Shown piece after piece: positions 42,001 through 54,000 of a stretch of 64,000 nt of DNA. Numbering within the stretch: the first letter of the stretch is position 1; each line of letters starts with the position of its first letter. The stretch covers positions 64,160 to 128,159 of the forward strand of contig JAHFFW010000002.1 in the NCBI GenBank assembly GCA_023247725.1, given 5' to 3'. The notes beneath the pieces were generated by a model. The model saw only the letters and a list, made by a program, of their open reading frames with translations. It was not told where the DNA came from and searched no databases. This stretch comes from Candidatus Omnitrophota bacterium. GTDB taxonomy: Bacteria > Omnitrophota > Gorgyraeia > Zapsychrales > JAHFFX01. The translations under genes were made by a program, and so were the position numbers.

Positions 42001-45000
42001 TCTTGGTGGCCGCAGGAGTTCAGGGTTTCAAAGATTTGATGAAGGCGATTCCGGAGGTTCGTTCAGATATTCCTCTGGAACAATTAAAGGAGGATTTAGG
42101 CATCGGGCAGCGTCCGCCAATTCGATCGACTCGTCGGGGACCACAGGAACTGGCCCGTCCGCCGACGGGGCCGACGTCCACGAACTTTTCTCAAGAACGT
42201 CGGCCCGGTCCCGAGCCGACCGAGTCCAGTTCAGTCGGCGAGGGACGAGCAACGGTTGCCGAACGTCCGACGCCTTCCTCTGTTTTAACCGAAGAATCGC
42301 CCGAATTCCAAAAATTTGAAAAGACGTTAATTCCTTTTAAATCCACTCCTCCCGTCGCTGATTTCAATCGCCGTTTGGCTCCCAATATCCTCAAACGACT
42401 CGTTCCTTTTAAGACAACATTTCCTTCCTCAGATAAATTCATTACTCCAAGATTCCGGGCCTTGCCTTCGCCAGCCGCGCTGCCGGCGGTGAGAAGTCTT
42501 TTGCTAAGCCGGCAAACGGGCGTTGCCGAAGGCCAAATGGCTGACGCTCAAGTCGACGACGCTCTAGTCAGCGCTCCGCCGATGACGGAGCGTATCTCCG
42601 ACCCGACCAATAACGCCGCCCGTCGATGGACGTATTGGGATCATGCCACAAAAACGCCATTCCTGGAATTAGTGCGGTATAAGGATCAACCGAAACCAAC
42701 CGCTGAGTTGATGAAGTCTTGGGATCCTGCGTTTCAACAGAGTCAGCTTGATTATGAGCCTAATCAGGCGGAAGTGAGAGGAGAATTCTTAAGTATTCTT
42801 GACGATATTGCTACCGGTAAGCTAAACGCGTCAGCCTTTCCCGCGCGCATGGAGGATTTAAACCGAACAGATTTAATGGGAGCGAAAAGACAGCGCTCCT
42901 ATATGCCATTCAGCTCTTCCTCAAGCCAAGGGCAGGATGTTAAATCGATAGCCGGGAGATACCGGACCTCGGCTCCGGACGCCGCCGAAGATATCCAGAA
43001 ACATTGGAATAACCTTTATGGTAATCTGCAGGAATTTGTTCGGATGTCGGGATCGGGAGATTATTCTAGAGAAGAAATTGTAAAACATATTGCCGAAACA
43101 TATTTGCAATCGATCAAGATTGAATTTTCTGGGGCTTCTTCCACTAAGATGGGTTCGGCACTTCCTTTTATCAGCGGTAATAATTCCATGTTTATGAATA
43201 TGGCCAATGGAATGTTGCGTTTGTCGGACGTAGAGTCTGGGATTTCGCATAAGAATCTCGACGACTATGCATTCCGTTCGGCCGGCAGAGAGTCCGGGAT
43301 TAATGAATTTTTGCAAGAGGTGAAACTCGCAAATCCCGGCTTGGATTTTGAAGAGAAAGTTAGGGTTTATGCAGATGCCGCCAGCGTAACTCCTCCCGAT
43401 AAAAATGCGCAAACAGTTTTCCAACGGCCGACGATAGAAAAAACAAGCACAAACAATTCAGCGAAGCCGGATGCCGCCAGCACGGACCGCGAGCGTGATA
43501 AACAACGGCGGATCATGCGCGAAGATCCGCAATTTTCGATATCGAATGCCCAAGCTCGTATCCAAGAGAAGCCCGGCGTTCAGATGAAGATTCCGGTGGG
43601 AGAATTCAGCGTGGAATATGTGAACACACCTCCTGCTCAAACATCTCCTTCCACGATTTACTTGTTGTCGCTTTATCTTAGTCTCTCCAAGGTGCCCACC
43701 CGGGACGGGGCTTTTCATATGATGGATGTATATGGAAAAGACTGGGCGACGGAAAATCCTCGCCAGGTAAAGACCGAGATTGTTTCTAAATCTGCAACGG
43801 AATGGGTTGGAAAGACCCAAGAAGAGGGATGGGAAGTCGGACTCCCTGGAGCTGTGGCTCAAGGGGTAGCGGATACGGATCTTACCGGAAAGACGGTCTT
43901 GATTGCTGGATTTGGCGACGGGATTCAAGCCATTTTAGCGAAGAAAAAAGGTGCGAAGCGGGTGATCGCTGTTGATAACAATGCGGCGGTTTTAGATTTG
44001 GCTCGTGAAAATACGCGCTTGAACGGCATGGGAGGCCAGATCGAATTTAAGACGGCCTGGGCCGAAGACTTGACGCCGGATGAGATCGGACCCATCGATG
44101 TTCTGGTGGCGAATCTGCCGGGAAGAGTAAGTCAGGAAGTTGTTCCCCCCATCCTAAAGAATTTTCCTGATCTGAAGCAATTGATTTTAGGAGGCGGCGC
44201 CGGGGATTTGGTGGCTGGCAAAACTTATACGGAAAAAGAACTTAACGACCAATGGAAACGCCACATTCCGGATGCGCTTCATCAAGCGATCATCAATCAA
44301 GGATTTTCCGAAGATCAGACGTATTCCTTTGAGCAAGAGGACGGAAACAGGCTCGCCCATCGGTATGAACGTCTTGCATCTGCGTCGGCGGATGCGGCCT
44401 CCGTGAATCCGAGCGACGAAGCGCGCCGGCTGTTGTCTGCCCGGGATCCGGATCGATTCCAACGGCAAACCCCCTCGGAAATGGTGGAAAGAATCGGTGT
44501 GGTTAATCGTTTTGAACTTCTTCCGCAAAGACTCTTCGATGAACCGACACGCATCCTTAGTTATCTGAATCGGCAAAGAACAGTGGAATTCCAGCGTTAT
44601 ACCGTCGAAGAGCTGGAATTGATGGCCCCGCAGCTTACTGAGGATCAGGATTGGCAGCAGCTTAAATCGGGACTTGACCGAGGGGAAATGATCCAAGTCA
44701 CCGGTGTCCTGGCCGAGAAGGTTGTCACTCATTTGGAGGCGAATCGGCTGAACAACTTGGCCATTGATGTGGTTCGAGAAGCAATCCGGAGAAATGGTGT
44801 GGTGGATTTAAAAATTTCTATCCCATTTTTGGAAACGGTGGGCGTCAGTAAAGATCCTCAGTTAAAGCAGACCGCCGATGAATTGATTGACGTGCAGGCG
44901 CGCGCCTTGGGCACTCCGACGGAACTCCGGGATCAAATTAAGGATACCGTCAAAATCATCCGGACCCCACCACTAGATTCCGAACAGGATTCCCGCAATC

Positions 45001-48000
45001 GGGCGTTTCTTACGTTATCCCGATTGATCAACGACCTTAAGGCCAATGCAAAACTGGAACCTGAAGAATATGCCTTGCTTGGAGATCATTTTTTCAATTT
45101 GGGGATTATGTTGAGTCCCAAAATGGATGAGATTCCAATTCGGGATAAGGCCCACTTTGACCACCTTATGATCGACGATGGAAATCTGCAATACCTCGTA
45201 GATTCGAAAATTGTAGATGGCCTTGCTTCCGTAAATGCGGCCCAGGTGACCAGTTTTGACGACATGGTCAACCACCCGCAGAAATTGCTGCCTGTCCTGG
45301 AAGAGGCCGCCGCGGCGGTGGCTCCAGAGAGTCTATATCAAATGGCTCACGATATCGTGAACACTCAGTTGTCCGGTCTGGCAGAGAAATTAAGAGCAGG
45401 TCTTGCCGGAGTTTTGGGCGAACTGCATATAAACCCCCTGGAAAGAACGGATATCATCCTAATTAGTTCGGAAATGCAAGGTGATGAGATTCGTCAACAT
45501 ATCTCTGCAGAAACCGCTCATATGCTGGCCCGAAGGCTCACGTCTCCTATGGAACAACCCCCGGCAGCTTTTCTGGAGGCCCTTGTTGAGAATCGGCCAA
45601 TGAAGGACACGGATCCTGGCGTAGATGAGGCCTATGAGGCGCTTTTGCAAGACTATCTTGGCTATAAGGAAATACTAAGCCCTGCCGAGCAGGAAATCAT
45701 ATCACATATTACCCGGTCTCTGGATCGCATGAGCGACGCCGAATTGAGCCAGGCGTTGGAGCATTACTCGATTAGTGAGGAGGAACAAAGATTTAGAGAG
45801 ACTTTCGGGTTTGCTCAGGATACGCATCCAGTGGATGCCCGGTATAGCCGGGTCACCAATGCTGCCCGCAACAGCGAAGTTGTGCTGACCGATGTTTTTG
45901 AGAAAATGGGTTATTCCGAGCCCCGCAAAATGGCCAGGGAATTTTTGGAGCAAGATCCGCGTTATATTTCCCATGCCGTAGGCAGGACAATGGGAAACCG
46001 AATGGAAGATAAGGTGGATAAGGTCGGCGGGGATATTAAGCTTGCCATTCGGATTGCCGGAGACATGGCGCGGGAGGCCCCGGAATCCTTGCTAGACCAT
46101 CGGGATTTTGAAAAAGAATTCAACCGCCGCGCGGACGATCAAGATTATGTGGCCCGCCTGATTAAAGAAATTGCAGCCAGCGATCGCGAAGTGGCGCTGG
46201 TTCCGGCGTTCACCGCCGACAAGGCCCAGATCGGCACCCCAAGCGACAAAGATCATAAAGTTTCCTGGGAGCAGGAACCCAATCGCGAAGCCGCTGTGGC
46301 GCGTTCCTCTCAACAGAGTGATGCCGCTCAGGTGAACCCCAGAGAAGAAAGTTCTCAATCGAATGAACGGACCCCGGAGAGGGATCAGGTGCTGAATGAA
46401 AATGGGGAAGACAGCGTTCATGTAGGGGGTCTTCTTGCTGCTCCGCACCGGGCGGTGAATTTGCGAAGTTCATTGATTAATCTGTCCAGGCAGGCTGATG
46501 CACAGCCAGACTTCTTCAGTTCGGTTCTGAACAATACGGAAAAAATGACCGTGCATCCGGAAACCGCTTATGAATTCGTGAAGTGGATTACGCAAACGAA
46601 ATACGATGTTAATAAATTGCCAAAGATCTCAACGGCGATTCAAAAGATAAGACGATCCAAAGAAACGATCAAGGATTTACTTTCCGGTGAAGATTCGATC
46701 GTGAAGGTGCGGATGGCAGCGGAGATCATGAAGTCGGCCCAGTCGGGCGCGAATCAGAAAAGTTTTAAGGACCTCCTTAAGTATTTTGGAGAATTAAAGC
46801 AATCGGGCGTTCTTAAATCCGAGGATATTGAGCGGGCCATTCGGCTCGTCGCAGGACACAATCCAGCTCAGTTGATCGCGGCGGAGGCCACCCGAACCTA
46901 TTCTCAGGAGGACAATATGCCGGCCCTGCGGGAGTTGGCCGCCAGACATAAGGGAGAAATCCAGACGATCCCGCAAGCGGATCTGGTTGCGGATGCGAAC
47001 CGTGAAAAAGGGACTTTGATCGTTGGAGGAGAAGGCAGTGGCAAATCCACGCTGACTTATGCCCTGGTGAAGAAAGGATTTAATTATGGCGGGCAAGGCA
47101 TGGATATGCTGCGGACCGGTTCTCATCTGATTGCCGGCGTGAGCCAAGAGACTAGGTCCTATCCTCTCGAGTTTCGTTCCGGTGAGGCGGAGCCTGGCGA
47201 TCTCACCCGGGATCGTCCGGTCGAGACCATTCCGACGGCGCCTCGATTCGTGCCGGTTAGAGTGATCGTTCAAATGTTGAAAGCGCCTCAATTAACGAAA
47301 CCGGAGACGACCATTCGTAAGGCGACGGATACCGAAATCGCCGGATCCAGGGTTGCTGAGACCTGGAATTCCCTGAATCGTCCGTCGGTCGATTATCTGG
47401 TGGAAGTCCGGATGCCAGAAAAAGTGACCGATGAACAGATGGCGGTGGTCGCCCGCGATATCATGCGCGCCGACGCCGCGATGGCGGTGAGATCGCACAA
47501 TGAGGATTCCAATCCTTCCTATAAGCCCACGAACCAGACGGCCCAGACTAGGCCCTTTGACCTTACCGAGTTGACCAACCAAAAGATGGCGCTGCGGGAT
47601 ATCGAGCTTCAGAATTTGAATTTCCGGCCGCGGCGGTACGATGACCGGCGCGACGGGATGGTTGATTTCAATTTAAGCAGCGCGATGAATGACCAAAATC
47701 TTTCTGAACCTGCCGATGAGATTCCGCTTGCCGAACATCCGACCCTAGGCCTGGTCGCGCTGGCGCAAGTGGATCATTTTGTTATGGTGGAAGCCAGTCC
47801 CAGTCAAACTATCGGAATTTACTCTCAGGAACATGTGATCTGCCTGCTGGGCGATATTCGTGCGGAAAAGGTCTATGCGGACGGCCATCGGGAGACGATC
47901 GTTATTGGACACGCGCACATCAATCCGAACTCTCCAGCGGACCGCAGCGGCCAGAAGGGGCCGGCCTTCGCCAAGTTTGAGAGAGTTCTGGACTACCTCG

Positions 48001-51000
48001 GACAAACGCATCGTGACGCCTCGGGCCAAGAGTTCAAATTCGAAAACATTCAGATGGCTCTGGATATGGATGGGGAGTTCCGCGGCCTCGGTTCCAGAGA
48101 AGCGATTCTCGAGGCGGTCCGCCAGCGGAACATCACGGTCGTGGCTGAACGTGTCCGTGACCGGAATAATCCCAAGCAGGAGGAAGCCGATTCCTTTGTC
48201 AGCGCGCGCTATGCGGTCGTCGGCCATCATCCGGAGAATGACCGGACTTACGATATCCATCCGGTTATTTGGCAAACTGCCGCTAACGATGCGGGGAGTA
48301 CCGAACGCAAGCAGTCTATGTCTTTGACTACATCGGCGGATCTGAGAAGGATTGCCGAAACGCGACAGGCCGAGAGGACCCACCTTGCTGGTTCAGTGAT
48401 AGCGGCCTCAAGCCAGCGCCCGCAAGAAATTATGGCGGCGTTCGACGCCGCCTCCGTCGGCGTGCCGCGCGAGGCCTGGAAAATCACCTCGGAAGTCGAA
48501 ATCTATAGAGAGCAGATCGAGCGTTATGCGAAGATAAGAGATTCAATCGCTTCCGGAGATCTGAAAGTTAACCAGCAATTAGTCGGGACGATTTTGGGCG
48601 CCTTCCAGAAAGCCAGGGCCGAGCAAGAACCCACCGTCAGTGAATTGACCGATCTGCTGCGATTGGCGGCGCAAAAGAATTCAGCTGCCGTCCCGGCGGC
48701 GGAGGCGAAACTTGTTATTGCTGAGGCCGAACGGCAGGCGAAAGTCCAACTGGTGTCCCCCATCGCGACGGCTAAACCCGCGGCCAGCGTGTCGGCGCCG
48801 GTCCAGCTTTCTTTGTGGAACGAGGAGCCACCACAACCAAAAGCCGAGCAGTTATCGCTGCTGGATTTCCGGGAGGGGATAGAGTTAATGAGGCTATTCT
48901 CTCGAAAAAGGGACGTGGATCGCCAAGAGATCTTGGACACCGCGCAACGGATCCTCAGTCGAGAGCAGTACCAAACTTTTGTCAGTAGGATTGTTCCAAG
49001 AGTCGACCAATGGGCTGCTGGGAATTTTAAAAGGGCAAATTATAAGCTCGTCTATGATGTCCTTACGGATATGGTCAATCGGAAGGAACCGCGGAGCGAA
49101 TATGAATATATCTCCGATGAAGACATCGCAAATACTCTCAAGATCCGCAGAGATTACAAGGAAAAATTGCCAGGAATTCTCCAAAGCACCTTGGAATCGG
49201 AGAGGACGAGATTAAAGAAACTGGGCGTGGTTGGCGTGGAATTGATTGGGACCGCTGCTCAAGATCTTGAGACATTGCAGGTAAATTTTTTCTCGGCTCT
49301 TCATGATGCGTTCGGGAAAGCGGGAGATATTAAAGAACTCATTCCTACCGTGCCCGCAATTCCTGGCGTTTCTCCTGTGGTCATGGTTTCTGATGCTCCG
49401 GTGGGTATCAGGTTCTTGTTGCCTGACGCCGCCTCCGTCGGCAGCCAGCGCGAGGAGAAGGAAACGACTTCCAAGACGGAAACCGACCGGCCGGATTCGG
49501 TCTCTGTCGGCGCGCCGCAGCGAGAAGCTAGTCATATTGCCGATCGGGATGAACTTCCGGGTTCACCCAAGATCCCTCGGAGATCATTTTTTACTGCGAT
49601 AGCGGCGCCTTTCGTTTTGGCATCATCGGGGATCAGGGACCGTGCCCAGGATACTCGGGAGCGGCTGCGAGAACAGGTGCAACGTTTGCGCCAGGCCATG
49701 GAGCGGTTTAACAACAACACTAGAGCGATAAACAGCGCCAATACCATGGCTTCGGCTCTTCAAAATCGAAGATTAGCGGACAGCTATTCCCAGGCGACCA
49801 GAGAAATAGGATCAAGCAAACTGCTGGATAACGATATGGTACGCACCAGCCGGGATGAACTCGTTATTTCCGTGGGTGATCATTTTACTGAGGTAGGGCC
49901 TAACGATCAGCTCCTGATCATCATCTCCGGGCCTGCGGCGCAGATTTGGAGTGTCGTTCCAGGACTGGAGAATGATCGGCAGGTCCGTTATGTGCCGCTG
50001 ACGGTCGACCAGGGCCTGAACAATGAACAGAATATGCGCGAGCTGATCGACATCACTCGCTATTGGGGATATTCGGGCCAAAGGCCATTGGAGGATTTTT
50101 ATCGGGATCGTCAGAGAGAAAGTACAGATCGACGGGTTTTGATGGTGGGTCTGGAAGAATTTGGTTCCGGGCCCCGGCAGGACCGTAAAGAGCAGGCCGT
50201 TAAGCAGTTGGATGAGCTGATTAAGGACTACAATCCGTCGAGCATCCTTTACCTCGTCAATCAGACCGATCCGAATGGGCTGGTGAATACGATCCGCGGG
50301 CAGCGACAAGCCCCCAATTCCATCGAGGCGTTTCTTGCCAGGCAGTACTTGAAAGGAATCAAAATCGGGGTCAACAATTTTAACCGGCCGTTGGGAGACC
50401 TTTATTTTGCGGAGCCGGGGGGAAGATTCAGGTTCGCCCCGGAGACGCCCTACCAAAAGCCGCGCTACATTCAAATACCGGCGTCACAAAGAAGGATTGC
50501 GAGAAGAGACGCGTTCAAACTAGCGATCCTCGATTTGGCAAATGTCGATCGACAAGAGCAAGCAAGGATCCGTTTCGCCGAACCGAATACTGCTACGCAG
50601 GCGACGGCTCGCTTTAGTGTTCCTTCCGACTCCGCGATGGCGGAGAAGGCGACAACGAACGGATTGCCAGAAGATGCGGATCTGAGGAGGCGTGCCGAAG
50701 AGCGCACGATTTCCGAAAGGCCGACGGTGGAACAAGCCGGCGCCCGGATGATTCAACCCACCGACCTGTCCGGCGTAGCCAAACGCGCCGTGCCTGCCGG
50801 CAGGCAGGAAAGCAATTCGGCGAAGCCGGACGCCGCGATGGCGGAGCGGCGTGATGGTGAGTCTCTGCCCATTTCCGAGAGACCGTCGATAGATCAGGAA
50901 ACCCCGACCAAATTCGACATTCACTTTGCCTTCGATAATTTTCGTAAGCTGCCTTCGCATGTGCGGGAAATCTCGGATCAAATTGGGCAATCCGATATTG

Positions 51001-54000
51001 TGGTCGTGCAAACTCCCGAAGTATTCGACGAAATTTTTAATGCGGTTTCTCACGGCCTGTCTCCTGCCGAGGGGATGACGGCCATTCAACAGAAGGCTCA
51101 AGAAGAAAGAATTCAACTCAATTTGGATTCACCCCTGAAGGCCTTACTCACGGCGATCCATGGGTCCGGGAAAACCATTGTAGGTAATCGTCTCCCCAGT
51201 GACCGGATTCGGTCCTCGAATGAGGAAGCGTTTACCGAAATTACCCAGGCGCTGAACCGGGGTATCACCAGAGGCGACATGAGAAGCGCGGTCAAGAGTT
51301 ATAAAATACTTACCGAAAAGATGGGTGCGGCGACGGCGGAGCATGGCAGAGACATGGTGGCCACCATTCAAAAGGTTCAGCAGCAATTTCCCGATAAGAA
51401 GAAGATTTTGGTCATCGACGGGCAATCCAATACCGCCCCCTACATGAATTTGACGCTCAACCAGGATCTATCCTCCCAGCAGGGTGTTGCTCAAATCACG
51501 CGGGAATTTTTGGATAATCCTACAACTCCGGTGGTGTTCTCTCTGGACGACGCCCTCAAGTGGGATATCGCATTTCAGGAATTGAAGATTAAGCCGGCAA
51601 AAGAGTTGAGCGATCAGGACGTCATTCCGGCGCTGGTTTCATTGATATTGGTGAATTCCATCCCCGAGTCTCAGAGAAGTGAAATCGATTTTGCTGGGAT
51701 CAACAAAATCGCCATAAGAATTGATTCGATGGATAAGCTTTCTGGACTGCAGCGGGAAATGCAGGCGCATCCGATAACGAGTCACGAAGATTTCCAGAGT
51801 AGAGTTTACTTCTGGCTGGTGAAGGGAGATTTTGCCAGACCAATGGAAATTAAGCGGGTTCTGGGTTTTGACGCCGCGATGGCGCAGCGGCGCAAAGAAG
51901 ATTCGACCATTTCTTATGAACCGACGCAGACAGAACAAACGGCCACGGCCCGGCACTCCGACGCCGCGATGGCGGCGCGATTGCAAAGCCGGGATTTAAC
52001 GACCGCCGATCCGACACAGGATCAGTCGGCAGTTATTGCGAGCCGCGCGATTCAAAACGACCTTGAGAAGGCTTTACGGGCCATTGGGCATATTTACAAG
52101 TCTAGTGATTCTGAGGCGCTTTCTAAGATGTCCTTGGATCTCGTCAAGAGCGCAGTTTTCAATGAAGTTTATGGGGCGTCGCCAGATCATTTTATTGCCG
52201 CACTTTCTCTCGCGGAGTCGCCGGCCCGCAACTGGGCTACCGCTTGGTTAAGGCAAAGATATAATGCTTACGGTCGGACTGAGATGTTCCGGTATCCTTC
52301 TCAAGACAGGGAATTCGAAGTCGCTTTAGGTACCCTGGAACAAAAGCCGGCGCCGTTTAAGGCTGTATTATTGGGTTCATCAAACGGAGATGACCCGGTG
52401 ACCAAGGCCTTGACTATGGGGGATCACCCGAACTTGCAAGGGCGGCGCATTGATGTGGTGGGTGTCGACATCAGTGCTCAGGCGATCGCGAAAGCAAAAG
52501 AAAATCTGCAGTCAGGCAAATTCCGGATCGATGCGGAATATATCCAATATCTTTTCGAGTACGAAGGTTTCAATGCGCTTCCGGAGGCCATCAAGAGCAG
52601 ATTGGCGCAGGGCGGAGATGTCTCCGAACAGATCAACAGCTGGATCGCTGAGCGGTTGCCCGCCTTGCAACAGGAAATCCGTTTCGTAGAAGCCAGTATT
52701 CTCGAGGAAGCGTCTTGGAAAGAAGTCCGAACTGCCGATGCGGTATTCATCAACTCAATTTTGTATGAAGTTCCTAAGTCGGCTCAAGCTGAGTTTTTCG
52801 AGGGTCTGAAGAGAAACATGAAACCCGGAGCTTTCTTATTCTTATCGACCGATTACTTTAGGGATGGCGAGTTTGAAAGTAGTTGGTTGGATAAAAAAGC
52901 TTATGGGGTCTATCAGGTCAAAGATGCCGCGATGGCGCAGCGGCGCAAAGAAGGTTCGACCACTTCTTATGAACCGACGCAGAGAGAACAATCGGCCACG
53001 GCCCGGCACTCCAACGCCGCGATGGCGGCACCGCGCGAGAAAGAATCGACAACTTCCTATAAACCGACGGAGAGCGAATCATCGGCCGTGTCCGCGAGTC
53101 GTTTGGTGAAATTGACACCATCTGGTATCCTGAAATTCGCGGCCAGAGTGGCGCCGACGAGGGACTTGCGCGAGCGCGTCATTCAGGGATTGGGCGCGAA
53201 GGCCTTAGCATCGTCCGCACCGGCGACTAGGGCGCTGCGCCGGCTGGCTCAATCGCAGCGGCCGCAGATAGCGCAACCGGCTTTTGACCAATTGCTGGCC
53301 AATGTCCGACAGGGCCATTACCGTTCAGTTGAAGAATTGGTGAACCTGGCGGAGCAATTTAGGGTCAGCGATTTAATGAAGGAATTTTCGCAAGCCACGA
53401 TTGGGCTTGGTGTGGCCGGGCTCGATCGACAGCAAACTATTTCCGACCGTCATTGGTCTCAAGTTCTGGGTACTGGAAGTTATGGCCACAGGGATCATAT
53501 TTTATGGCTCGCGGAAAATGTTACAAATGATCCTCGAAGACCGCAATTGGCCGAGGCCACGATGAAAGCCCTCGAAACGCTGGCCTTAAGAGGGCATCCC
53601 GATGCGATTTCGGCGTTGAGTCAAATGGTCAATTCATCTCATCCACAACAAGCCGAGCGGGCGCAAACCGTCCTCGCGATGGCGGCGATCAGCGGACACC
53701 AGTTGGCTCAATATGAAGTGGCTAATAAGGTTGAAGGCGACCCATTCATTTTAGAAAGAGAAGAATTCATGCGGGCTAATAGAGCTGTGGCCCAGATCGT
53801 GACAGAAATCGTTTCGGATCGCCGCAAATTGACTTATCAGGAGGATGAAGTGAATCGCCGGGGTGATTACACGGGCAGAAAGACGCCCCGGTTTGACCAA
53901 TCGGTCCATCGAGATCTCATGGAGCAGATTAAACGTGCCATTGTTCACGGAACGCCGCAGGGCCAGGCGCTCGCCATTCAAGCCTTGGAGCGCAGCGGCA

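Noticed and set aside
49050-49230. Resemblance to the sigma54 C-terminal region (ISDEDIANTL...KLGV)
   Set aside because: The RpoN box ARRTVAKYR is absent; too weak to call.
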